DNA from: an uncultured bacterium
GTDB lineage: Bacteria > Fidelibacterota > Marinisomatia > Marinisomatales > J089
Length of the DNA: 53,920 nt
Assembly: GCA_964549745.1 (NCBI GenBank)
Contig: CAZJWP010000004.1
Span: 1 to 53,920, forward strand
Direction: 5' to 3'
Shown here: one piece after another, positions 28,083 to 36,778 of the stretch
Layout of the letters: each line of letters opens with the position of its first letter
Position numbering within the stretch: position 1 is the first letter of the stretch
Program-made: the position numbers and the translations under genes
Notes under the pieces: generated by a model
Databases searched by the model: none
Seen by the model: the letters and a program-made list of their open reading frames with translations, nothing else
Told to the model about the DNA's origin: nothing

Positions 28083-29038
28083 TGCGTATCCGGTGTCTGA
28101 TACCGGCTTTGATGTGTATGGCGGTTGGGTTTTCCCAACCCGGAAAAGCAGCCTATGTGAAATATTATCTGACCCGAAATGACTTCCTGGGGGATAATGC
28201 AATTGATGCATTGGAACGAAAGGGAAAGGATCATTGGACGGTTTTCTTTAATGAAGCGAACCAACCCATTGCGATTACCCAAATCAATGCAAATGGTGAT
28301 ACAACCCAGACCGATTTACTGGGCTATGATACAATAAAAGTATTAACCCAGAAGTACCATTACGATTCTCAAACCCGGCTTCATTGGTTAGCGCTTTATG
28401 GCGATGACGAAGCGTGGAGCGTTGCATTCAGGGATTGGACGCTCCCCGAAAATACCCGGCTCAGTTTCAGCGATCAGGAATCCCGATTTGAGCTGGATAG
28501 TCTTGGTCGAATCTCAAATATTATTTTTACAACAGTAGATGGTAATCGCTACGGGCGAATCGATATGATCTATACTCAGGATGGAAGAAAGTCGGAAGAG
28601 ATTTGGAAATCGCTGCCGGGGGGACAGGTCGTTCGCCGGTACCACTATCAATTCGATAAAGATGGGAATCCTGCCGCAATGTTCGAATACGGCCGTTCCG
28701 GAGAATCTATTAGTGAAGTGGATTTAACTTTAGCGCCAGCCGATCGATTGTATAAAATACCACCTCCGAAATTGGGGAATCGTTTGATGGAAGCGGAATC
28801 CATCATTCAATCAATTAATACTTCCGGTGATACCTCGGGACAGCCGGCACTTCTTCCGGTATTAATGGATGATTTGGTCCAATTGAGTGACGGGCAACTT
28901 TTGATCGGGAAGATCGTCTCCGTGGACACCGACGGTCTCAAATTCAATAACTCCGGCAGTGAAACTTTAACGATACCGGTGGAACGAATTGACTGGGCCA
29001 GAACCCGAAACGGGAAATACGTTATACATCAAAAATAG
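28079..29038 (+). CDS. Hypothetical secreted protein
   Basis: GTGATG start region overlaps the upstream stop (start at 28079 or 28082). Signal peptide ...AVGFS/QPGKA. No recognisable motif. Confidence 0.5.
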   Translation: MMRIRCLIPALMCMAVGFSQPGKAAYVKYYLTRNDFLGDNAIDALERKGKDHWTVFFNEANQPIAITQINANGDTTQTDLLGYDTIKVLTQKYHYDSQTRLHWLALYGDDEAWSVAFRDWTLPENTRLSFSDQESRFELDSLGRISNIIFTTVDGNRYGRIDMIYTQDGRKSEEIWKSLPGGQVVRRYHYQFDKDGNPAAMFEYGRSGESISEVDLTLAPADRLYKIPPPKLGNRLMEAESIIQSINTSGDTSGQPALLPVLMDDLVQLSDGQLLIGKIVSVDTDGLKFNNSGSETLTIPVERIDWARTRNGKYVIHQK

Positions 29039-29065
29039 GATTTGAATTACGTCTTTAGGACACGT

Positions 29066-29114
29066 TTAACCTTAAACCTATAACCTATAACCTTAAACTT
29101 TGAACCTCGAACCT
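29066..29114. repeat. Seven tandem heptamers, consensus NNAACCT
   Basis: Read directly: ttaacct taaacct ataacct ataacct taaactt tgaacct cgaacct. The array sits in the intergenic region 75 nt upstream of the ATG at 29189. Confidence 0.9.
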
Positions 29115-29188
29115 TCCATTGCCATCTCCCGTTGTTTTCCAGAATATGCGCCTTTAAATTTCATAATCATTCTAAGAAGGATTCCAAC

Positions 29189-29968
29189 ATGCGTCGATGG
29201 GGACAAATCATATTTTCATTTCTAATCATGGGTTCGGTTGTTTACCCGCAGAGTGGAGTTGCTTACCCGCCGCCTACTCATCTCATTACCATCCCGACGG
29301 CGGGAGGATTGGTGCGGGGAAGCTTTTCCATGGAAATGCGGATTCAGCGTGAAGGCGGACTTAGTGTCGGTTTGACGACCGGGATCACCGATCGCTTCCA
29401 GTTTGGAGTATCATACGGTGCAAGTCACTTAATCGGAGACAGCACCATCGATTGGTATCCCCGGCCGGAAGCATCACTCAAATATCGCCTGCTGGATGAA
29501 ACCGATCGGATACCCGGGTTAGCCATTGGAATAGACACTCAGGGATTTGGCCAATACCATTCCGACAGCACGGAACAACGTTACGATATCAAGTCTTACG
29601 GACTTTACCTGGCCTCCAGTAAAAACTGGAAAACACCGCTTGGCAACATGGGTTTACATGCCGGAACGAATTACAGTTTCACGGAACGGTCCGATGGCGA
29701 TAGCGATATCAATCTCTTTTTTGGCTGGGATATGGAAATTAATCCGGAGTTATCGTTACTGGCGGAATACAATGCAGCCTTGAATCAGAACAGTATGACG
29801 GCCAGGAATTTGAGCCTTGCCCGGGGAGGATTCTTAAACGCAGCAGTGCGATGGACTTTCGTTGAACATCTGCATATTGAAATGGATTTCAACAATTTAT
29901 TATTCGATCAAAACCGGGTTTCTTCATTTAATAGAGAATTAAAAATCACATACATTGAATATTTCTAA
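29189..29968 (+). CDS. Hypothetical outer-membrane beta-barrel protein
   Basis: Internal ATG at 29189 is preceded by AAGGA. Signal peptide ...SVVYP/QSGVA. Alternating beta-strand pattern with C-terminal ...ITYIEYF (terminal aromatic typical of OMPs). Confidence 0.5.
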   Translation: MRRWGQIIFSFLIMGSVVYPQSGVAYPPPTHLITIPTAGGLVRGSFSMEMRIQREGGLSVGLTTGITDRFQFGVSYGASHLIGDSTIDWYPRPEASLKYRLLDETDRIPGLAIGIDTQGFGQYHSDSTEQRYDIKSYGLYLASSKNWKTPLGNMGLHAGTNYSFTERSDGDSDINLFFGWDMEINPELSLLAEYNAALNQNSMTARNLSLARGGFLNAAVRWTFVEHLHIEMDFNNLLFDQNRVSSFNRELKITYIEYF

Positions 29969-29980
29969 AGGGAGGTGAAT

Positions 29981-30727
29981 ATGAAACGAATCATGGTATT
30001 TGTCTTTTTTCTGATCGGGGTCAGCTTAAGCGCTCAAACTGTATCCGATTTATTGGCACAGGCTGATAAACTGCACGATGCGGATAAATACGATCAGGTA
30101 TATACCGTGCTGAAACAAGCTGAGAAAATGGAACCGGATAACTTTGAGGTGATCTGGCGTTTGGCCCGTGCTCATTTTGATTTGTCTGACAATACAACGG
30201 ATGAGGACGTTATTTCCAAAAATATATATGCCGGTTTTGATTATGCCAAACGGGCACTGGAAATGCATCCGGACCGAGCGGAATCACACAAGTGGTATGG
30301 AATTTTAATCGGACGGGTTGGTGAACTGGAGGGCACTGAACAGAAGATAAAAAATTCGTATCAGGTAGCTGAACACACTATGAAAGCAATTGAACTGGAT
30401 CCTTCCGATGCCGGGAATTACCATGTCATGGGTCGCTGGAACTACACTTTGGCGGATCTGAGTTGGATTGAGCGGCAGATCGCCAGTTTGATATATGCCA
30501 CACCTCCGGAAGCCAGTTTTGAAGCCGCACGCGATTATTTTCAGAAGGCAATCGACCATGATCCTGCAGATATCCGGAATTACGTCTGGTTAGGGAAAAC
30601 CTACGAAGAGCTTGATGAAGATGATTCGGCAGCCGCGGCCTATAAAAAAGCGATTAGTCTGAAAGCTGATTCGGATAGTGACCGGATTTTACAGGACCAG
30701 GCGAAAGAATTACTGGACGATTTATAA
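29981..30727 (+). CDS. Secreted TPR-like repeat protein
   Basis: GGGAGG lies 7 nt before the ATG at 29981. Signal peptide ...VSLSA/QTVSD. Helical TPR-like repeats (YDQVYTVLKQAEKMEPDNFEVIWRLARAH; ARDYFQKAIDHDPADIRNYVWLGKTY; AAAAYKKAISLKADSD). Confidence 0.65.
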   Translation: MKRIMVFVFFLIGVSLSAQTVSDLLAQADKLHDADKYDQVYTVLKQAEKMEPDNFEVIWRLARAHFDLSDNTTDEDVISKNIYAGFDYAKRALEMHPDRAESHKWYGILIGRVGELEGTEQKIKNSYQVAEHTMKAIELDPSDAGNYHVMGRWNYTLADLSWIERQIASLIYATPPEASFEAARDYFQKAIDHDPADIRNYVWLGKTYEELDEDDSAAAAYKKAISLKADSDSDRILQDQAKELLDDL

Positions 30728-30751
30728 GTTGCAATCCAAACAAAATTCAGA

Positions 30752-30778
30752 GGCCGGGATGAAACCCGGCCTTTGTGT
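30752..30778 (+). terminator. Rho-independent terminator after the TPR gene
   Basis: GGCCGGG-atgaaa-CCCGGCC followed by TTTGTGT, 25 nt after the stop. Confidence 0.75.
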
Positions 30779-30787
30779 ATCAGAAAT

Positions 30788-31324
30788 ATGAAGAAAGAAA
30801 TTAAACGAACCGGCTCAACAGTATTCAAGGGGAAACTACTGGAGGTTCATCTGGATGAGGTGAAACTTCCCGATGGAAGGACAGCCGAACGGGAATACAT
30901 CATCCATCAGGGTGCGGTTGTTATGATTCCCGTTTTACCGGATGGGGAATTGGTATTTGTACAGCAATATCGTTATGCGCAAAGCCAATTCATGATAGAA
31001 TTACCGGCTGGGAAGATCGATCCCGGTGAAGATTTTATGACAACCGCTGATCGTGAATTGCGGGAAGAGATTGGTTACCGGTCAAAAAAATTAACCTTAC
31101 TGGGTGAGTTGGATCCTTGTGTAGGTTACAGCAATGAACATATGGGCATCGTACTGGCTGAAAATCTGGTACCGGATTCCATCGATGGTGACGACGATGA
31201 ATGGCTCGAAATACTGACCGCAGAGTTCGATGAAGCCTTGGATTGGGTGTGGTCAGGCAAAATTACAGATGCAAAAACATTAGCTTCGTTATTATGGTAT
31301 ACAAAAATTAAAGAACGGGTATGA
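30788..31324 (+). CDS. NUDIX hydrolase (ADP-ribose pyrophosphatase-like)
   Basis: Nudix box GKIDPGEDFMTTADRELREEIGY. N-terminal pattern typical of NudF-type enzymes (F.G.LL.V..D.V.LPDG....RE). Confidence 0.85.
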   Translation: MKKEIKRTGSTVFKGKLLEVHLDEVKLPDGRTAEREYIIHQGAVVMIPVLPDGELVFVQQYRYAQSQFMIELPAGKIDPGEDFMTTADRELREEIGYRSKKLTLLGELDPCVGYSNEHMGIVLAENLVPDSIDGDDDEWLEILTAEFDEALDWVWSGKITDAKTLASLLWYTKIKERV

Positions 31325-32283
31325 TTTCCCAAGCGGACCTTACTCAGAAGCTAAAAAAGGCTGTCCTGGATTTGGGATTCCAAAAGGTGGGTATTGCTCC
31401 GGTTCTTCCCGATGTTTTAACAAAACAACGACTTCAAGATTGGTGGGACAGTGGTTTTGCCGGAACCATGGAGTGGATCGGAAAACGGATTCAGGAAAGG
31501 GGAGATATGACCGCGTATTTTCCAGAAGCACGTTCCGTTTTGGTTGTGGCTATGAATTATTATACCGGACGCAGCACGGATCGCGTCGGCGCTGCCAGGG
31601 ATGGAATTAAGATCAGTAATTACGCTTGGGGGCAGGACTACCACGAGATCATCCGGTCTCGTCTGAAAGAATTACAAACCCAATATGAACAGTGGACAGA
31701 GGGTGGTCACAGCCGGGTTTGTGTGGACACATCACCGGTGATGGAAAAAGCGTGGGCCCGGAAAGCAGGTTTGGGATGGATAGGGAAACATACAAATCTG
31801 ATCACCCGTGATTTTGGGAGTTGGGTGTTTTTGGGCGAAATGATTGTCGATCGCGAGTTGGATTATGATCCTCCATTTGAATTGGACCATTGCGGAACCT
31901 GCGCGGCCTGCATTGAAGCTTGTCCCACAAAAGCACTGACCGAATATGTCCTGGATGCACGAAAATGTCTATCATATCTGACGATCGAATATCGAGGTGA
32001 TTATTCCAAAGATGACCATCTTCCCCGGGACGGTTGGGTCTATGGTTGTGATATATGTCAGGATGTGTGCCCATGGAACCAAAGCGCAGAGACCATGAGT
32101 GATGAGAATATCTTTCAACCGATTTCGGAGATTGAAACCTGGACGGTTGAGCAGTGGGAATCAATGGAAAAAGAAGATTTTGAAAGGTTGTTTCGGAAAT
32201 CGCCTATAAAACGAACAAAATTCACAGGTTTGAAAAGAAACCTTAAATTCGTGCTCAACGAGTCAGGTGATATTGATCCATAG
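31321..32283 (+). CDS. queG: tRNA epoxyqueuosine(34) reductase
   Basis: ATGA overlap with the upstream gene. Motifs AGLGWIGKHTNLI, two 4Fe-4S motifs (CGTCAACIEACPT; GCDICQDVCPWN) and a C-terminal HEAT-like tail (FRKSPIKRTK..GLKRN). Confidence 0.9.
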   Translation: MISQADLTQKLKKAVLDLGFQKVGIAPVLPDVLTKQRLQDWWDSGFAGTMEWIGKRIQERGDMTAYFPEARSVLVVAMNYYTGRSTDRVGAARDGIKISNYAWGQDYHEIIRSRLKELQTQYEQWTEGGHSRVCVDTSPVMEKAWARKAGLGWIGKHTNLITRDFGSWVFLGEMIVDRELDYDPPFELDHCGTCAACIEACPTKALTEYVLDARKCLSYLTIEYRGDYSKDDHLPRDGWVYGCDICQDVCPWNQSAETMSDENIFQPISEIETWTVEQWESMEKEDFERLFRKSPIKRTKFTGLKRNLKFVLNESGDIDP

Positions 32284-32337
32284 AGTGATATCGCCTGTAT
32301 TTTGATTGGTTTTAATTGAAAATAAATTGGAGGAATT

Positions 32338-33003
32338 ATGCCAAAAGTAGGAGTCGTACTATCCGGTTGCGGTGTCAATGACGGAGCTGAAATCCATGAA
32401 TCGGTGATCACCATGTTGGCGCTGGACCGCGCCGGGGCTGAAATGGTATTGATGGCTCCCAATATTGATCAACTTCATGTGATCAATCATATAACGGGGG
32501 AAGAAATAGAAAACGAATCCCGGAATGTATTGGTGGAATCCGCCCGTATTGCCCGGGGGAATATTAAGGACATCGCAGGAGAAACAGGCGAAGACCTGGA
32601 TGCACTTATTTTCCCCGGTGGATTTGGGGTTGCCAAGAATCTTTGCGATTATGCCATGACCGGTGCCGATTGTATGGTGAACCCGGATGTGGAACGTCTG
32701 GCACGAGCGGTTCATAAAGAAGGGAAACCGTTAGGGGTCATATGCATTGCGCCCGCCATGATGGCAAAGGTTTTAGGATCGCAGGGCGAAGCTGTCGAGC
32801 TGACGATTGGTTACGACAAACAGACGGCCAATGACATTAATAAAATGGGGGCTCATCACGTTGAATGTCCGGTGGATGACATCGTAGTGGACAAAGAAAG
32901 GAAAGTAGTTTCAACACCCGCTTACATGGAAGCAAAACGGATCAGCGAAGCAGCAGCGGGTATAGAAAAGCTGGTTACAGAAATCTTAGGAATGATCGGT
33001 TAA
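32338..33003 (+). CDS. elbB: Isoprenoid biosynthesis glyoxalase ElbB (DJ-1/PfpI superfamily)
   Basis: GGAGG lies before the ATG. Near-colinear resemblance to E. coli ElbB (GVVLSGCGVNDGAEIHESV, VINH.TGE, FPGGFGVAKNL, CIAPAM, VSTPAYM). Confidence 0.85.
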   Translation: MPKVGVVLSGCGVNDGAEIHESVITMLALDRAGAEMVLMAPNIDQLHVINHITGEEIENESRNVLVESARIARGNIKDIAGETGEDLDALIFPGGFGVAKNLCDYAMTGADCMVNPDVERLARAVHKEGKPLGVICIAPAMMAKVLGSQGEAVELTIGYDKQTANDINKMGAHHVECPVDDIVVDKERKVVSTPAYMEAKRISEAAAGIEKLVTEILGMIG

Positions 33004-33911
33004 TCTTCCCGACCTAACAAATCAATTTCAGTGTGGCCTAAACCTACGCTGAGTGAGATATTTATCGTCGGACGTTCCGGGAGCCATCTCCCGGACTTGT
33101 AGTGATGATCGTCAATTTTCTTAAGTTCCGAGATATCTACGGACGAGAGGAACGTTTCGTCTACCGTGACCCGGATATTCGCATCTTCCGGTAAAACAAG
33201 GCTTAAAGAACCTAAGCCTACTTCGGCATCCAGCATTAGGTTGGATTTCATAGAACCACGCATATCGACATAGGCCGATCCTAAACCAACATCGAGTTTC
33301 ATATAATGGGTGTTAAGATTCCCCAGGTTATACGCTTTTAAATCACCCAATCCATTTGATAGCCGTACAGAATCACAGCTTTCAACATTGGGTTTATCCA
33401 CATTGATTTTTACCTGGCTGAGGCCACAATCCATCGAAAGATTTCGAAGTGATAATCCGGTCAGGTCCAGATCGGCTGACCCCATTCCAAGATTCATACT
33501 CAAATTGGATGGAATGTCAATCGGAAGACCAAAATCAATTTCACTCTGGAGATATTGTTCCTGGCTTTTGAAGTTCTCTGTATCAAATTTAAAGTTGAAG
33601 GGTAGTCCCGTATCAATATCGGCCCCAGGTGTGGTTAATTTCACTTTCAACTTACCGGTGGAACCCATACGGTCAAATGTAACCTTTGGCTGAGTGCGAT
33701 GCGTTTGATAGGAAAGACTTCCTAATATTTCGCTATCATCTTTCAACGGTTTGATTGTCAGGGCGCCAAAACCATAATCAAAATTCAGTTCTAAGGCGGA
33801 CAAATCATTGATTGAATAATGATATGTATCAGTCACATGATGTGACAGGGTATCCTGGCCTTGAAGGAAGGTTGCGGCAATCAGCAGAGTGAATAGGATG
33901 TGACGATTCAT
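33000..33911 (-). CDS. Secreted toast-rack/DUF4097-like beta-repeat protein
   Basis: Signal peptide ...TFLQG/QDTLS. Repeated G-x-(A/G)-x-(L/V)-x-(L/V) rungs (GMGSADLDLTG, CGLSQVKINV, NGLGDLKAY, VGLGSAYVDM, VGLGSLSLVL, VGLGHTEIDL). Last gene of the ECF operon. Confidence 0.55.
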   Translation of the reverse strand: MNRHILFTLLIAATFLQGQDTLSHHVTDTYHYSINDLSALELNFDYGFGALTIKPLKDDSEILGSLSYQTHRTQPKVTFDRMGSTGKLKVKLTTPGADIDTGLPFNFKFDTENFKSQEQYLQSEIDFGLPIDIPSNLSMNLGMGSADLDLTGLSLRNLSMDCGLSQVKINVDKPNVESCDSVRLSNGLGDLKAYNLGNLNTHYMKLDVGLGSAYVDMRGSMKSNLMLDAEVGLGSLSLVLPEDANIRVTVDETFLSSVDISELKKIDDHHYKSGRWLPERPTINISLSVGLGHTEIDLLGRED

Positions 33912-33916
33912 GATTT

Positions 33917-35539
33917 TTAGAAGTATAGGGTGAACCGGATCGTGGTTTGATAACGGGACGGAACATCCATGGATTTTGCGATATTGAAAACAACATCCAC
34001 ATCATCCTGATCCACTGATCCAATGCTAACTCCGGCAGCATGGATCATATTCCCGGAATAAGCTGAGAAATCAGTTATTGAATATGGTTGGTACATATCC
34101 ATCCATGCGTGACCGGCGCTGTAAAAAGGTGAAATAAACATATCCATATCAAGAAATTCCGGAGTGAATATTAAGGCCAGGCTTCCTTCGATCATTTCGT
34201 CACCTTGTTGTTCTTTAAAATCATGTGCGCCTACTGAACCTAATCCACCGACACCAAAATACCGAAAAGCGGGCAGACTACCCTGCGCTGTTCCAAGTAA
34301 AATCCGACCACGGAGCAGAATTCCCCTTGTGAATTCAAGATTTGTCGTAGTTGAGACAAATATCCGGGCATTCAAATCCTGTAAATTGGAGGCCAACAGG
34401 TCCTGGGTAGATAAGTTATCGCCGAATAATTCAGCATTGATATGAGCCGCCAGTCCTGTGTGTAGCAAGCTGTACTCAGATGTTTTTGCATCAGCTGTAA
34501 TTGAGAAATAGTTGGCATTGTAGGGATTAAATGTCAGGCCGCTGCGCAAGGCGCGATCGTGATTAAACAAACTCCACAAATTGACTACGCCAAGGGTATC
34601 CCGATTAACTGAATTAATCGAAAAAGAAGAACGAATTCCCCAGAAAGCTAAACCCAATCCTGCGTGCCAGCCTTCCTCATTCCAGCGATCCATGAAATCC
34701 TGGCGGCCCAGCAATCCTGAGACGGTATTTTCAGATTGAGAAATACGATAATAATCGTCGGTACGGGAATGGTTAGACAATCCGGCAAACAAGATCAGGT
34801 TCTTATTTTGGAAGAATGATTTCTGGAAGTCCATTCCGCCTACCAGCGAGTGATCGGCTTGCCGATAGCCCAGTGACAAACTCAGGCTGAATGTAGATTC
34901 CCCGTCACGATCCCACACCGTATTGATTGGCGTAAAGACATATCCTTCATTCCGGTTGTAAACAAACCATGTGGTCTTTGGATGGACCCAACTGTAATGA
35001 GAATTTTCATCACCACAGCCTTCATGATCCCGATCATCCGACCAGTCCCAATTCCAATGCCCGGAAGAGTCACCGGGAGACCCTGTTTCCCGATAGACCA
35101 ATCCTTCGGTTAGATTTGTCTCAATAATCTTACCGTTGATGACAGCCTTATTTGATTTCTGGACTTTTCCCCCCAAGGCTAATATGTCACCATCTACCAC
35201 AGCATTATCATGGATGAATACGTTCCCGCCAATGACAGTGGCATCACCATTCAGAACACCATCCACAGTTAGGTTACCGCCAATAACGCGAACATTATTG
35301 TCATAGGTTTCATCAGCAGCGATAGTCAGATCACCGAAAATTTTAGTTTCTTTGGAATCCAGGTGCGATTTGGTTGTGGTTGGCGTGTCCGGGAATGCAT
35401 CGGATTTTGAAACGGATACGGTTGAATCTCCGACCATATCTTTGGCATTTTTCATCCAGGCTTCTTTGGATACGGCAGTTGTTGAATCCTGTGCAAACAG
35501 AGAATAAAAGCTCAAGAATAGTGTAAGGAAATATTTCAT
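33917..35539 (-). CDS. Secreted protein with N-terminal beta-helix (bactofilin-like repeats) and C-terminal Omp85-like beta-barrel
   Basis: Signal peptide ...YSLFA/QDSTT. Repeat run GDLTIAADETYDNNVRVIGGNLTVDGVLNGDATVIGGNVFIHDNAVVDGDILALGGKV. C-terminal beta-rich region with FGVGGLGSVGAHDF and terminal ...IRFTLYF. Confidence 0.55.
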   Translation of the reverse strand: MKYFLTLFLSFYSLFAQDSTTAVSKEAWMKNAKDMVGDSTVSVSKSDAFPDTPTTTKSHLDSKETKIFGDLTIAADETYDNNVRVIGGNLTVDGVLNGDATVIGGNVFIHDNAVVDGDILALGGKVQKSNKAVINGKIIETNLTEGLVYRETGSPGDSSGHWNWDWSDDRDHEGCGDENSHYSWVHPKTTWFVYNRNEGYVFTPINTVWDRDGESTFSLSLSLGYRQADHSLVGGMDFQKSFFQNKNLILFAGLSNHSRTDDYYRISQSENTVSGLLGRQDFMDRWNEEGWHAGLGLAFWGIRSSFSINSVNRDTLGVVNLWSLFNHDRALRSGLTFNPYNANYFSITADAKTSEYSLLHTGLAAHINAELFGDNLSTQDLLASNLQDLNARIFVSTTTNLEFTRGILLRGRILLGTAQGSLPAFRYFGVGGLGSVGAHDFKEQQGDEMIEGSLALIFTPEFLDMDMFISPFYSAGHAWMDMYQPYSITDFSAYSGNMIHAAGVSIGSVDQDDVDVVFNIAKSMDVPSRYQTTIRFTLYF

Positions 35540-35542
35540 TGA

Positions 35543-36778
35543 TTATCGCTCCTCTTTTATAACGATTTGACCATTGCTTGTATTTAATTGAATTGAATAG
35601 GTGCCTTGATTTGCCACGCCCTGTCCCGATACTGAATTATGATTATAATTCAAATCCAAAGGAATATCGGACACAATACTATTTGGACGCCGACTTCCCT
35701 TAACGGATGCTTGAATATCGGCGGGAAAATCTTCAGGAATTTCCAGGTAAATATTTCCGTCGCTGTTTTCAAGATATACGGTTTGGCTCACGTTATCTGA
35801 ATTCCATGTTTTTATTATGCGGATATTGCCACCGATTGTGGTGGCTTTAACACTGGCAGCCAATTGTTTCCCATTAATATTGCCTCCCACAGCGCTGACA
35901 GTAATCGGGCCATCAACCCGAATAGCATTGATGTTTCCGCCGGATGTTTTTGCCTCGATGGACCCTGAGATGTCTTTCAGGTCTATATGCCCCCCTGAAG
36001 TAGAAACATTTATATCACCCGTTACGGTTTCCAGCCAGATATTACCCCCGGATGTTTCACCGGATATTTTCTTAGCGTTCACGTTCTCCAATTTGAGAGA
36101 ACCACCGCTGGTTTTCATAAAAATATCACCGGTAATATGGCCAACTTGAATATCACCACCCGAGGTGACCAGATCCACCGGTCCGGATCCTTTATTAACA
36201 TCAATATTCCCTCCTGAAGTTTTCAGGTTAAGAACGCCCTCATAATCATTTGCATCGAGATTCCCGCCGGAAGTATTCCCGGAGACGACCCCGATGATTC
36301 GATCCAATTCGATATCCCCGCCACTGGTTTCCAGATCCAGAACGCATTGCGTATCCTGGATTTGGAGATCTCCACCTGATGTTTCAACGGTGAGTTGTGC
36401 ATTGGCGGGGATGTCTACTTCATAAATAAATCTTAATGAGAGCGGATACCAGGAATAACCTTCGTATTTATAATGGTTGCTTTCCGGATATTCCTTTTTC
36501 AAACGATAAGATTCGGCTAATTCCTGTGCCTTTTCCGAATTGTGAGCTTTGATAGTCATTCGCTCCCGGACACGCAGATTCGACGTGTGCGTACCCCGTA
36601 TAAATACTTTCCCCTGGATCTGGATCAATGAAACCACAGATGATTGATCCGCATTCACCGTATCCTGGTACAACGTAACGCATTCGTATGCGGACCCACC
36701 GATACGGGTCACATGGGTGTTACTGTTTTGTGCGAACACCAGGGAGGAGGTTAGAATGATGGATCCCCACAATTTCAT
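35543..36778 (-). CDS. DUF4097-family beta-strand repeat protein (putative adhesin / toast-rack)
   Basis: Signal peptide ...SLVFA/QNSNT. At least 9 tandem repeats of the type TSGG(D/N/S/H)(I/L)x(L/V/A) (TSGGDLQIQD, TSGGDIELD, TSGGNLDAN, TSGGNIDVN, TSGGDIQVG, TSGGSLKLE, TSGGNIWLE, TSGGHIDLK, TSGGNINAI). Confidence 0.72.
   Translation of the reverse strand: MKLWGSIILTSSLVFAQNSNTHVTRIGGSAYECVTLYQDTVNADQSSVVSLIQIQGKVFIRGTHTSNLRVRERMTIKAHNSEKAQELAESYRLKKEYPESNHYKYEGYSWYPLSLRFIYEVDIPANAQLTVETSGGDLQIQDTQCVLDLETSGGDIELDRIIGVVSGNTSGGNLDANDYEGVLNLKTSGGNIDVNKGSGPVDLVTSGGDIQVGHITGDIFMKTSGGSLKLENVNAKKISGETSGGNIWLETVTGDINVSTSGGHIDLKDISGSIEAKTSGGNINAIRVDGPITVSAVGGNINGKQLAASVKATTIGGNIRIIKTWNSDNVSQTVYLENSDGNIYLEIPEDFPADIQASVKGSRRPNSIVSDIPLDLNYNHNSVSGQGVANQGTYSIQLNTSNGQIVIKEER

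Noticed and set aside
33000-33003. The convergent genes elbB (+) and the toast-rack gene (-) share a palindromic TTAA that contains both stop codons.
   Set aside because: It is real but trivial: a compact convergent gene end with no intervening terminator and no evidence of function.
35800-36400. Periodic DNA repeats inside the DUF4097 gene that could be mistaken for a repeat array.
   Set aside because: The periodicity reflects protein-level TSGGxI rungs of about 20 aa within one continuous ORF. There is no repeat-spacer structure, so this is not CRISPR.
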